64,000 bases of DNA from Eledone cirrhosa (lineage: Eukaryota). This document shows positions 1-12,461 of the stretch, in pieces. Every line of letters begins with the position of its first letter. Position 1 is the stretch's first letter. Made by a program: the position numbers and the translations under genes. Where the stretch lies: assembly GCA_964016885.1 (NCBI GenBank), contig OZ024752.1, forward strand, positions 36,146,001-36,210,000, read 5' to 3'. The notes below the pieces were generated by a model. The model was not told where the DNA came from, searched no databases, and saw nothing but the letters and a program-made list of their open reading frames with translations.

Positions 1-1863
1 TGTTATGCGAGGTAAAGCCTTTACCATGAAAATATAATAGTATATATAGAGCAATGTGAATGTTATGTGAGATGTTATGCGAGGTAAAGCCTTTACCATG
101 AAAATATAATTGTATATATAGAGCAATGTGAATGTTATGTGAGATGTTATGTGAGGTAAAGCCTTTACCATGAAAATATAATTGTATATATAGAGCAATG
201 TGAATGTTATGTGAGATGTTATGCGAGGTAAAGCCTTTACTGTGAAAATATAATTGTATATATAGAGCAATGTGAATGTTATGTGAGATGTTATGTGAGG
301 TAAAGCCTTTACCATGAAAATATAATAGTATATATAGAGCAATGTGAATGTTATGTGAGATGTTATGCGAGGTAAAGCCTTTACCATGAAAATATAATAG
401 TATATATAGAGCAATGTGAATGTTATGTGAGATGTTATGCGAGGTAAAGCCTTTACCATGAAAATATAATAGTATATATAGAGCAATATGAATGTTATGT
501 GAGATGTTATGCGAGGTAAAGCCTTTACCATGAAAATATAATAGTATATATAGAGCAATGTGAATGTTATGTGAGATGTTATGCGAGGTAAAGCCTTTAC
601 CATGAAAATATAATAGTATATATAGAGCAATGTGAATGTTATGTGAGATGTTATGTAAGGTAAAGCCTTTACCATGAAAATATAATAGTATATATAGAGC
701 AATGTGAATGTTATGTGAGATGTTATGCGAGGTAAAGCCTTTACCATGAAAATATAATAGTATATATAGAGCAATGTGAATGTTATGTGAGATGTTATGC
801 GAGGTAAAGCCTTTACCATGAAAATATAATTGTATATATAGAGCAATGTGAATGTTATGTGAGATGTTATGTGAGGTAAAGCCTTTACCATGAAAATATA
901 ATAGTATATATAGAGCAATGTGAATGTTATGTGAGATGTTATGTGAGGTAAAGCCTTTACCATGAAAATATAATAGTATATATAGAGCAATGTGAATGTT
1001 ATGTGAGATGTTATGTAAGGTAAAGCCTTTACCATGAAAATATAATAGTATATATAGAGCAATGTGAATGTTATGTGAGATGTTATGCGAGGTAAAGCCT
1101 TTACCATGAAAATATAATAGTATATATAGAGCAATGTGAATGTTATGTGAGATGTTATGCGAGGTAAAGCCTTTACCATGAAAATATAATAGTATATATA
1201 GAGCAATATGAATGTTATGTGAGATGTTATGCGAGGTAAAGCCTTTACCATGAAAATATAATAGTATATATAGAGCAATATGAATGTTATGTGAGATGTT
1301 ATGCGAGGTAAAGCCTTTACCATGAAAATATAATAGTATATATAGAGCAATGTGAATGTTATGTGAGATGTTATGCGAGGTAAAGCCTTTACCATGAAAA
1401 TATAATTGTATATATAGAGCAATGTGAATGTTATGTGAGATGTTATGCGAGGTAAAGCCTTTACCATGAAAATATAATTGTATATATAGAGCAATGTGAA
1501 TGTTATGTGAGATGTTATGTGAGGTAAAGCCTTTACCATGAAAATATAATTGTATATATAGAGCAATGTGAATGTTATGTGAGATGTTATGCGAGGTAAA
1601 GCCTTTACCATGAAAATATAATAGTATATATAGAGCAATGTGAATGTTATGTGAGATGTTATGCGAGGTAAAGCCTTTACCATGAAAATATAATAGTATA
1701 TATAGAGCAATGTGAATGTTATGTGAGATGTTATGTGAGGTAAAGCCTTTACCATGAAAATATAATAGTATATATAGAGCAATGTGAATGTTATGTGAGA
1801 TGTTATGTGAGGTAAAGCCTTTACCATGAAAATATAATAGTATATATAGAGCAATGTGAATGC
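1..1863. repeat. 72-bp tandem minisatellite (~26 copies, runs off the left edge)
   Basis: Unit tgttatgcgaggtaaagcctttaccatgaaaatataatagtatatatagagcaatgtgaatgttatgtgaga; the line pattern recurs every 360 bp (5x72). The array ends in ctaaagggTTAA, the end of the piggyBac-type MITE seen elsewhere in the window. Confidence 0.97.
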
Positions 1864-1896
1864 TAAAGGGTTAATCTAAATTTTCTCTTTTTTTAG

Positions 1897-2033
1897 CAAC
1901 AGTACTTGAAAAATATCTTGGAAAAAAATGGGAGAAGACTAATCACAAGATAGAGCACACAAACAAAAGAGGAAATGAATATGCTTGTTATCAAGATGGA
2001 GGGAACATTAATATTGATGAAATACAAAAATAA
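1897..2033 (+). CDS. Probable terminal coding exon of an upstream gene (unidentified)
   Basis: Strong acceptor ttttctctttttttag, then an open frame xTVLEKYLGKKWEKTNHKIEHTNKRGNEYACYQDGGNINIDEIQK ending TAA TAA, in unique non-repeat sequence. No family recognised. Confidence 0.5.
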
Positions 2034-2339
2034 TAAATATGAATTTTTTACAGTATAGAATTATATATCATATATATCTTATAGATAAGCATGAGAACAT
2101 GTAATATGAATGTGTGAATGTATGTAATGATTAATAATGGATTGAATCGATTAACAAGATCCCAGACCTCATTTGCTTACTGAGTGGAGTGGAACTCATC
2201 TAATCAGACCCCAAAATCTATGTTTCTATTGCTGATACTACCTACTAGTTGCAACTCCTGGCAACAGTATGATTCAACCAATGAAACGTAGTCATATTCT
2301 TTCTTTGGAAAATATTTTCGTCATTATTACATCATTAGA

Positions 2340-2560
2340 GTGGTGGAATGGTAGTAGAATCGGTAGAGCATCAGTCAACATGCTTTGTGGCATATACTGA
2401 CACCCCTTTTTATTCTGAGTTCAAATCCTGCCAAGATTAGCTTTGCTTTTCATCATTACGAGCTCAATAAAATAAGTACCAGTAACGCACTGCGGTTGAT
2501 TTAATCGACTTTCCCCACCTCCAAAATTACTGGTCTTGTGCCTAAATCAGAAACTATTAT
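2340..2560 (+). mobile_element. tRNA-derived SINE, type A (degenerate)
   Basis: B-box-like gagttcaaatcc, body ctttgcttttcatc...aataagtaccag, tail cttgtgcctaaa..gaaactattatt; shared with many copies in the window. Confidence 0.75.
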
Positions 2561-2619
2561 TATTTCATAAAGTGATTCTATTTTACACACAAATATTTTT
2601 GTTTGTTATTATTGTATAA

Positions 2620-3050
2620 TCTTCTTTTTCATCTTGCTCTTGCTCAATGAGACTTGGATCATCCTAGGTCAGTGATCCCAAAGGCATCATTGTGTGTAGA
2701 GCCAACAAGGTCCACCAGTACCCTCCGTTGCTGGCATTCCCAAGCCAACCCCTCTGCATCCTCATAGGCGATGTCAAGCTTCTGAAGATCTTCCTTAATT
2801 GCATCCAGCCTGTAGCTGCTGCATCAAATAAAAGTAACATCAGATGGTACCACCATATCTCCAACAAAGAGATGCGTGCATCCATGCAACCTCCCACCTC
2901 AGCCATTTGTCGCATGCACTGGTAAGGACATGTGTTCTGCCACTCACCAGATTATCCTACCAGAAGTTTACTCTTGTTCAACGCAGCAGCTACAGCCTGG
3001 AAGAGGCCCCCGCAAGAAGCCCCACACTCGATAACTGGAGTCTATGATGC
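2620..3050 (-). mobile_element. RTE-clade LINE 3' remnant
   Basis: Minus strand reads LDAIKEDLQKLDIAYEDAEGLAWECQQRRVLVDLVGSTH, typical of the RTE ORF C-terminus; disrupted. Confidence 0.6.
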
Positions 3051-3179
3051 ACATGATAAAATTTAAGTAACTATTTTCCTAAGTCGCAAGATTGTATAAA
3101 ATCAGTCATTTGCTCCAGATTCAGTAGAACTACAGAGATTAGAAGTGAATCTCACACAAAATAGGCATGAGCACTTATT

Positions 3180-3511
3180 GCCTATAGTGGTTAGAGCATT
3201 GGCCTTGCAATCGAAAGGTTGTGAGTTCAATTCTCAGACCGGGTGATGTGTTGTTTCCTTGAGCAAGACACTTTATTTCACATTCCTCCAGTTTACTCAG
3301 CTGTAGAAATGAGATGATAGGGACTGGGGTCCCTATCATTCCACTGCAAAATGGTCGTGGAGGTGCCACTGCAAAAAAGCACCCAGCACTCACTGTAAAT
3401 GAGGTTGGTGTTAGGAAGGGCATCCAGCTGTAGAAATCAAGCCAGAATCAGTTCCCGTCCCACCCTTGCAAGCAGGGAAAAGCGAACGTAAAATGAAATG
3501 ATGATGATGAT
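3180..3511 (+). mobile_element. tRNA-derived CORE-like SINE, type B, with RTE-type tail
   Basis: A box tagtggttagagc, B box gagttcaattc, CORE-like ccttgagcaagacac...actcagctgta, tail ggttggtgttaggaagggcatccagctgtagaaa...(GAT)n; near-identical to 54709-55040 and 63031-63368. Confidence 0.88.
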
Positions 3512-4056
3512 TCCGAGCAAATCACAATGGCATAGTAAACAACAACAACATCGTCATCATCATCATTTAACGTCCACTTTCTCTACTAGCAAGGGTTGAA
3601 CAAGTCTACATAGACCAAGTCAGTACTGATGTGGGGCTAGTGACGTCACTGACAGGCTGAGGGGTCTGTATCCCGCTTATCTATGGTCATATTGAGTGCA
3701 GAGAAGTTGTGGTGTCTTTTAACACAAACTGAAGAGTCCTCCTAATCCAGAATATTAAGTGCACATTTCTTTTTCATCTTCTTGCTCTTGCTCAATGAGA
3801 CTGGGGTCATCCTAGGTCAGTGATCCCAGAGGCATCATTGTGTGTAGAACCTCTTCTGCACCTCTGCCCAAACATCTTTCAGATAACCATAAAATCAGCT
3901 CAAAAATACCAATCATGTTTGTAACTCCTGGTAGAAATGTGTACTTAATATTCTGGGTTAGAAGGACCCTTCAGTATGACAAGCTTTCTATGGCTGGATG
4001 CCCTTCCTAGCACCAACCAGTTTATGGTGTGTAATGGGTGCTTTTATCCTGTAGAT

Positions 4057-4991
4057 CAGTGGTCGCCAACCTTTCTAAAACCGAGGAACCCTCTAAATAT
4101 TTTGAATTCTTCACGGAACCTATACAATACAAAACTTTTCAAAAAAAAATAAAGTATTTATTTATTTTAGTGAACTTACGTTGTGAGAACAGCGAACTGA
4201 CCCAGTCTCTCGGCTGAGAGACCTCGCTGAACTGAAGTTTTCAGTTTAAAGTTATGCTGTCACCGACCAACATTTACTTGTTTGTGATTGGTCAATTTCT
4301 AAGTTCAATTAGTGTATTATCAGTAGTAGTCAAATTCTCAGAATTCAGAAAACTATGTCTTTCCAAGAATAATAATAATGAAATTATTGTGTAAAGTGAT
4401 CAGGTGCACTACAACTCGTCAAAGGTGTATGTATAGTACATAAAATAATACACAAATGTCAGGGAAGTGAATAGTGTATGAGTCATGGTATACATGTGTG
4501 TATGTGTATGGAGGGGGAACATTAGGTGTAGTGTTGGCGGATCTCGGGAAGCATGGAGGTTTTAAAGGATGCAGTGTCTCGACAGCTAACAAACGATGCA
4601 GGCAGTTTGTTCCATGCGTCAGCAACTCTGAGCATGAAAAAATGTTTCCGAAAGTCATGGGAACTGTGCTGTTTTCTGACTTTGTGGGCATGTCCACGTG
4701 TGTTAGACACATGGAAATCAAAAAATTGATGTGAAATTGAAAGTATTCAATTTCCACGAATCTCAGAAGTGTTTTTCTGCTAATTCAGTGAGAAACTGAA
4801 AGTAGTATTTTCCACGAATTGGAGTGGAGAACCTGTGTACACTACAATAGTACTCGTTCATTTATACATTGCACCTTTGTCATTTTCTTTGCACCTTTTT
4901 CAGAAAACCCAAAATATTAATGGTAATGTAAATATTTATTTTTTTAAGGAACCCGGAGTTTGTTTTACGGAACCCATGTTGGCGACCACTG
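4057..4991. mobile_element. Non-autonomous hAT (Buster/Charlie-like) element
   Basis: Perfect 14-bp TIRs cagtggtcgccaac / gttggcgaccactg; 8-bp TSD ctgtagat at 4049-4056 and 4992-4999 (nnnTAnnn). Confidence 0.92.
4366..4735 (-). mobile_element. CR1/L2-type LINE 3' fragment nested in the hAT element
   Basis: Minus-strand SNTRGHAHKVRKQHSSHDFRKHFFMLRVADAWNKLPAS (CR1-type ORF2 C-terminus), 3'UTR and (ATT)n tail. Confidence 0.85.
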
Positions 4992-6006
4992 CTGTAGATT
5001 ACCAACACTAGGGAGATTGTCATGTCCTTGACACATCTGAAGGGTCCTCTTAACTCCATTTTTTGCAAGCTTTCTATGATTGGATGCCCTTCCTAGCACC
5101 AACCACTTTACAGCATGTACTGGGTGCTTTTATCCAGTAGATTACTAGCACTAGGGATGTTATGTCCATGACCCAAATGAAATCTATGTAGAATTAAATG
5201 CCTTTTCAGAGATAAACAAAATGTCTAAATTATTACCCACTCAGAAATTTATTATCCTACTATTTTGTCTGAGAGGGAAGGACAGCACTAGCACTGATGA
5301 GATTTTATGTTTGTCAGAGTTTCTGAAACTGGTGAGAAAGATAGAGAGGGGGGGAGTTATCTTCAAACTAGAGACCCGGTCAACGTGAATACTTGCATCA
5401 GAATAACAAACTTTGAGAAAAACACCCAAGGACCAAGAAATTATGTTAAATTAGGTGACAAAATAACTTTATCCCCCAACAACTCAGAATACAAAAAAAA
5501 AAACAAAAAAAAACAAGAACCAGCACTACAGTGAATCTGACAATCAAAGGCAAAACTAGAGAAAGTAGCTCCTATGACAAGCAGTGAAATTGCACTTCTG
5601 CCCAAACATCTGACCCCCATCTTTCAGATAATCATAAAATCAGCTCAAAAATACCAATCGCATTGGTAACTCCTGGGAGAAATGTGTACTTAATACTCTG
5701 CCATGAATATAAAACAACCAGAATATATATACAAAGGGAATGAAGCAAGCCTGTTTATATCTATATAATACTAAATGTCTGTGATTGCTTGTTTGTCTGT
5801 AATGTAATAGAGCCAAAAAAGCGCATAATGGGAAAATACTTTGAAAGGAAATTGCCCCTGAAATGGGAATACAAATGGTTCCCGAGATATGGGGGTTTTT
5901 TCCGGGTACCTTCATAAACAAAGAGATAGTGGTTGTGACAGAGTAAATTGAAAGAGAGGGAGAGGAGACAGAGAAGGAGAATGGAAGAGAGAGCTGGTGG
6001 TGGTGT

Positions 6007-6011
<5 letters not shown>

Positions 6012-6079
<68 letters not shown>
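6012..6079. repeat. (TA)n microsatellite
   Basis: Pure TA run of about 68 bp. Confidence 0.97.
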
Positions 6080-6085
<6 letters not shown>

Positions 6086-6634
6086 ATCTATGACCAGTGT
6101 ATATAGATCACAGGCACCCACATATACATATATGGGCCTTCCAGTTTCATTTCACATTATATATACTAGCAGAAAAACCACCACATCATACCAAGGGTAC
6201 ATAGTATACTACACAAAGTAAATCATTATTTATACTAGCAGAAAAAACACTCTTCGGGTGGTTTTCTGCTAGCATGTGTAGTGTGTATATTGATATATTA
6301 TACACAAGTATATATGCATGTAGATATGATACATCAAATAAAATCGTAATTGACAATATACACAGAAATTGAACAAAGCCTATTTTACACTGTCTTCTGT
6401 AATCAGTAATCCATGATATATTAAAAAAAAGATATTATATATAAACTGCATTAGGAGAAAATTAGTGACGGTAATATATGCGACTATAAGTGTTAAACGG
6501 CCGCTAACCGGAAGTGTTGACATTTGATAATTTTAAAGAATTGAATTTTAAAGATCTTTAAATATGCTATAAAATATATTTAATCAACAGTCACGAAATT
6601 TAGTAGATAAATTATGTAATATTCATTCATTATT

Positions 6635-7165
6635 TATTCAAATCCCGCCGAGGTTAACTTTGCCTTTCATCCTTACGGGGTCGATAAAATAAAGTACTAG
6701 TAATGTACTGGGTAATTTCTGGCCTTGTGCCAATAGTAGAAACAATTATTTATTCAAAGTAAGGGCGGTGGATTGGCAGTATCGGTAGAGAGTCGGACGC
6801 CATGCTTTCCAGCATAGTTACGTCCCTTTACGATCTGAGTTCAAATCCCGCCGCGGTTGACTTTGCCTTTCATCCTTACGGGGTCGATAAAATAAAGTAC
6901 CAGTAATGCACTGGGTAATTGCTGGCCTTGTGCCTAAAGTAGAAACAATTATTTATTCAAAGTGAATTATTTATGCGGTGAATTGGCAGTATCGGTAGAG
7001 GGTCGGACGCCATGCTTTGACGCATAGAGTGCCTTGCCATTCTGAGTTCAAATCCCGTCGAGGTTAACTTTGCCTTTCATCCTTACGGGGTCGATAAAAT
7101 AAAGTACCAGTAATGCATTGGGTAATTGCTGGCCTTGTGCCGAAAGAAGAAACAATTATTTATTC
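6635..7165 (+). mobile_element. Three head-to-tail type A SINE copies (first is 5'-truncated)
   Basis: Repeated gagttcaaatcccg..gaggttaactttgcctttcatccttacggggtcgataaaataaagtaccag...gtagaaacaattatttattcaaagt. Confidence 0.9.
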
Positions 7166-7356
7166 AAAGTAATCCAACTTATTTTACAAACGGGGTAAAA
7201 GAAAAATATATTCTGGACGCAATCCCGCAGACCTTTCTTTATTATAGTTAAGATGTCTGTGTTCATTTTAATTATTTTTAAGTGAACATAATTTTTAAAA
7301 AATATTTTGAAGTGAACGTGATTCAACGGGTCACGGGTAGTCTAGTATACTACTAA

Positions 7357-7543
7357 AATAATTGTTTCTACTTTTGGCACAATGCCAGCAATTAACCAGT
7401 ACATTACTGGTACTTTATTTTATCGACTCTGTAAGAAAGAAAGGCAAAGTTAACCTTGGCGGGATTTGAACTCAGACCATAAAGGGCCGTAACTCTTTGC
7501 TGCAAAGCATGGCGTCCGACCCTCTACCGATACTGCCAATCCA
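7357..7543 (-). mobile_element. Type A SINE, reverse orientation
   Basis: Reverse complement of the 6765-6950 copy. Confidence 0.88.
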
Positions 7544-7711
7544 AAATAATCATATCTTATCAGGCTTGTGAAAATACTTCAAGAGTTCCACAAGGAATGA
7601 TATTAAGTTGGATAACTTAAAATACTTAGGAGTGATTTATATCATGACAAGATACACAGGAATTACACATATCTTCTTCTTCATCGTTGTCGTCGCCATC
7701 TTCTTTCCACA

Positions 7712-8175
7712 GATTTCACAGCTCTAGCATCACTCCTTCATAAGCTGACCAAGATACTCTCATGGAATGACCAAATGAGGTTTATTTTTCAACATAATAC
7801 CTGGAAAGCAACAATGCAGTTATTAAGAAGAAGAGTTGAAATTAATGCATTCAAGATTTCACAGCTCTAACATCACTCCTTCACAGGCTGATCAAGATAT
7901 TTTCATGGAATGAGGTTTAATTTTCAACATAGTCCCTGGAAAGAAACAATGCAGTTATTAATAAGAAGAAGAGTTGAAATTAATGCTTGTAAGATTTCAC
8001 AGCTCTAACATCACTCCTGCATAGGCTGACCAAGATACTCTCATGGAATGACTAAATGAGGTTTATTTTTCAGCATAATCCCCAGAAAGAAGAAGAGTTG
8101 AAATTAGTGCATGCGAGATTTCATACCTCGCATACATCACTCCTTCGTAGTCAGCTTATGAACTTTTCAGCCCCC
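7712..8175 (-). repeat. Degenerate ~140-bp tandem repeat (~3.3 copies) derived from a mariner-type MITE
   Basis: Unit agatttcacagctcta.catcactccttcata.gctgaccaagatactctcatggaatg is the reverse complement of the interior of the MITE at 39001-39195. Confidence 0.8.
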
Positions 8176-8804
8176 CAACATCATACCACCCTACCTTCGA
8201 ATTCACTTTGTAATCTCTTCCCTTATTTAATCCAGATTTAATAGTAACGAATTAATCTTATTTTATGGTGAAGCTAAGTAAAAAAAAAAAAATGTAAAAA
8301 TATCACTTAAAAGATTTAGTTTAGAATCAGCTACAAAATATATATTTTTCCAGAATAAAGTAGTGTCAACCATGATGCAAGTGAGATGTTTGCATTGATG
8401 TGAAGCATCATTGATGTGAAGCATTCACATTGATGTGAAGCATGTGAAGCAAGAACTAAATAAATCGGTACCAAGCATTTGAAATAAATGAAACAAATAA
8501 AAGAGGACGGCCAAGAAAGATATAGGACGATCTTGTAAAGCAAAGGTTCTCAACGGAGGGTCATATGCACCATGTCTAGACATTAACCTGCAATTGAGAT
8601 CCTAACAATGGAAAACCCCACAGTCAACTGGGTCAAGGACACTTTGAGCGCAGCCGGTTAGAATCTTGTCTTTCCTTCACCGATAACAATGTATTTCATG
8701 TCTGAAATTATTGACTCAACCGTAACGAATTAACACTATGTAGATCTATTTTATTCCCTATTGTATAAATAATATTACAAATAAAAATAATAAAAAAAAC
8801 ATGG

Positions 8805-10187
8805 AAGCAGGTAGCACATACAACACATAATCAGATAATACACACATCTAGGACCACATACAACACATAAGCAGGTAATACACACATCTAGGACCACATA
8901 CAACACATAAGCAGGTAATACACGCATCTAGGACCACATACAACACATAAGCAGGTAATACATGCATCTAGGACCACATACAACACATAAGCAGGTAATA
9001 CACACATCTAGGACCAAATACAACACATAAGCAGGTAATACACGCATCTAGGACCACATACAACACATAAGCAGGTAATACATGCATCTAGGACCACATA
9101 CAACACATAAGCAGGTAATACATGCATCTAGGACCACATACAACACATAAGCAGGTAATACACGCATCTAGGACCACATACAACACATAAGCAGGTAATA
9201 CACACATCTAGGACCACATACAACACATAAGCAGGTAATACATGCATCTAGGACCACATACAACACATAAGCAGGTAATACACACATCTAGGACCAAATA
9301 CAACACATAAGCAGGTAATACACGCATCTAGGACCACATACAACACATAAGCAGGTAATACATGCATCTAGGACCACATACAACACATAAGCAGGTAATA
9401 CACGCATCTAGGACCACATACAACACATAAGCAGGTAATACACGCATCTAGGACCACATACAACACATAAGCAGGTAATACACACATCTAGGACCACATA
9501 CAACACATAACCAGGTAATACATGCATCTAGGACCACATACAACACATAAGCAGGTAATACACACATCTAGGACCAAATACACACATAAGCAGGTAATAC
9601 ACGCATCTAGGACCACATACAACATATAAGCAGGTAATACACGCATCTAGGACCACATACAACACATAAGCAGGTAATACACACATCTAGGACCACATGC
9701 AACACATAAGGAGGTATCCTACACATCTAGGACCACATACAACATACAGGCAGGTAATACATACATTTAGGACCATATACAACACATAAGCAGGTAATAC
9801 ACACATCTAGGACCACATGCAACACATAAGGAGGTATCCCACACATCTAGGACCACATACAACACACAGGCAGGTAATACATACATTTAGGACCATATGC
9901 AACACATAAGCAGGTAATACAAACATCTAGGACCACATACAACACATAAGCAGGTAATACAAACATCTAGGACCACATACAACACATAACCAGGTAATAC
10001 ATACATCTAGGACCACATACAACACATAAGCAGGTAATACACACATCTAAGACCACATACAACACACAAGCAGGCAATACATACAGCTGGGACCACATGC
10101 AATACATAAGCATGTAATCATACATCTAGGACTACCTACAACAGACAGGCAGGTAATACATACATCTAGGACCAAATACAACGCACA
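8805..10187. repeat. 40-bp minisatellite (~34 copies) inside the hAT element
   Basis: Unit caacacataagcaggtaatacacacatctaggaccacata; homogeneous core, decaying toward 10187. Confidence 0.95.
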
Positions 10188-11249
10188 TTGTATCGTGCTA
10201 TGGACGACGCAAGAGCAATGGTCGGCCAGCATAAGGGTTTCGTCACTCATCTGAAGAGAGAAAATCTATCTGTATTTGTTGTTCATTGTGTCATTCATCG
10301 ACAACACTTGGCTGCGAAGAAACTCAACAAGTCACTGAGCAAGTCCTTGCAGGTGGCCATTGATGTCATCAATTTTATCAAACGGCATTCCCTCAATGAA
10401 CAAATTTTCCGGCAACCGTGCCAAGATAATGACGAAGAATTTGTCAAGTTGCTCCTTCATAATGAAGTGAGGTGGCTTTCAAAGGGCAAGTGCCTTACTC
10501 ACTTCTTTGAACTATTCGACTCTATCATTGAGTTTCTGCGAGGACGCAACACAGAACTGTATAAGAAAACTCTCAATGTGAGGCAAAACTGCGCCTACCT
10601 CACCGATATTGCCAACAAATGCAATAGCGTCATTTTGGCTTTGCAGGGGAAGAAGATCACCTTGCTTAAAGCAAGGAATGCTGTGAAAACATTCCTGGCC
10701 AAATTGAATGTCATCAAAAGGAATCTTTGTTGACAGGAATTCTATAATTTTCCTAGTGTCGCCAATGTTCAAAACATTTTAAGCGATTACCAACTCCAAA
10801 TTTATACTGCTCACCTCCGTGCGCTACAAGACAACATGAGAGAACGGTTTGTCGACCTTTTGCCGATGGACATCCCAAAGTGGGTAGCAGATCCCTTCAT
10901 AGCTAACGTCGATGATTTGGACGCTATATTTCAGAAAGAATTCATTGAACTTCAAGCAGATGACATGATCAAAATTAGATTTCCCAAAATAGGTGAACCC
11001 CTCTTTTGGATGCAAGAGGAAATTCAGCGTCGATTTCCACACCTACATGCAGAGGCTAAGAGAATTGCTCTGCCTTTTCCAAGCTCATACTTAGTCAAGA
11101 GGAGGTTTGGTGCTGTTTCCAGACTGCACAGTAAGGCTCGCAACCGCTACAATGTAATTACATGTGGAGATCTCCGGCTACATCTTACGAAAATCCAGCC
11201 TGACGTCAAAGAGTTAGCTAGACTCCATAAAGTTCAAGGGTCCCATTGA
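10188..11249 (+). pseudogene. hAT (Buster/ZBED5/SCAND3-like) transposase, C-terminal half
   Basis: Motifs HCVIHRQHLAAK, LLLHNEVRWLSKGK, PFPSSYLV..RFGAV, RNRY...GDLRL. The two ORFs are in the same frame, separated by one TGA at 10731-10733. The N-terminus is missing. Confidence 0.9.
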
Positions 11250-12104
11250 AATGAGGTCAAAGTTAAAGTAAGTTGATTTATCCGAAAACTTGGATATGCT
11301 ATTGTTACAAAGCAAACTAACAATGTTTTTTATTTGTAGTTGCAGTCTGACTGGACTGGAAACCATTTACTACAATTCACTTACTCATTTGTTGTATATA
11401 TTTTACCATTTACTAATAAATATACTCTCCCGCGTGGCTATGAAAACCCTCTTCCATGGTCTCTAAGCTCACAAAGCAGAGGGGACATCAAGTTAGATAT
11501 CAACATTTATTCTGTCCGTTTCATTAAAGGGAAAATTGGAAAGCTTTGAAATGATATAATTGACACTTTCTTCCAGATAAGAGCACTCTTTGGATAGACA
11601 GGGTTGCTCTTGTATAAATGTTCAAAATAGCTGGTATCGCCTGGTGGGAATATAACAAATTCAACAGGTCCTTATTCATAAAAAAGAACATTTAAGTTCC
11701 TTTTTTTGAAATTTATATATTTCCTTTGAAGGAATGTATTTATACTCTCAGCTGCCTGCAATGGTATCTTTGGAATATTGTTAATCAATTTTTTAGTAAT
11801 CTACTGATATCAAAATCAGTAGTATATTGAACAATGGAAAAATAGGGTAGGGGGGGGGGGGCGTTTCGTGATTTTGAGGGACAAAAGGGGGCGTTTGGCC
11901 TAAATGGGTTGTGAACCTGTGTTGTAAAGAATGATCTCAAGAGACTGAGCCTTATGAAGGACGGTGCTGACTGGCAATTAACTGTGTTAGAAAAGACTTA
12001 CCCACCACCAGTACAGGGCACAGTGATGCTAATGTGTGGTGAAGGATTAGAGGCTGCATGGAGTAGAGAGCTCCCTTTTTAACCATCTTGCCAACAACAA
12101 CCTT

Positions 12105-12461
12105 TTTGATTTCCATGTGTCTAACACACGTGGGTATGCCTACAAAGTCAGAAAACAGCATAACTTCCATGTCCTTTCTGAAACATTATTTCTCACTCTG
12201 CGTTGATGAAGCATGGAACAAACTACCTGCATCAGTTGTTAGCTGTTGAGACACTGCATCCTTTAAAACCTCCATGCATCCTGAAATTCGCCAATACTAT
12301 ACCTGATATCCCGCCCTCCATATACACGCACACATGTATTTCATGTCTCATACACTGTTCATTTTCCTGACATTTGAATATTATTCTATGTACTATACAT
12401 GCACCTTTGATGAGTTGTAAGTGCACCTGAGCATTGTACACAATAATTTCATTATTATTAT
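12105..12461 (+). mobile_element. CR1/L2-type LINE 3' fragment
   Basis: Reverse complement of 4366-4735; ends aatttcattattatta. Confidence 0.85.

Larger units (their letters stand above)
8541..11921 (+). mobile_element. Defective hAT (Buster/ZBED5-like) transposon, 3381 bp
   Basis: TIRs caaaggttctcaac / gttgtgaacctgtg (12/14 match); 8-bp TSD ttgtaaag at 8533-8540 and 11922-11929. The flanks rejoin into an RTE-like frame KRGRPRKI*DDLVK|NDLKRLSL. Confidence 0.9.

Noticed and set aside
3180-3250. tRNA gene-like sequences (also 55675 and 63300)
   Set aside because: They continue into SINE bodies and lack a proper acceptor stem; these are SINE heads.
5200-5534. Possible exon or ORF after ttttcag
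   Set aside because: Short frames, no recognisable protein, no convincing donor.
5912-6221. ORFs with YIYIYI, SLSL or poly-His/Ile tracts (also 37971-38582 and 56093-56337)
   Set aside because: Translations of microsatellites.
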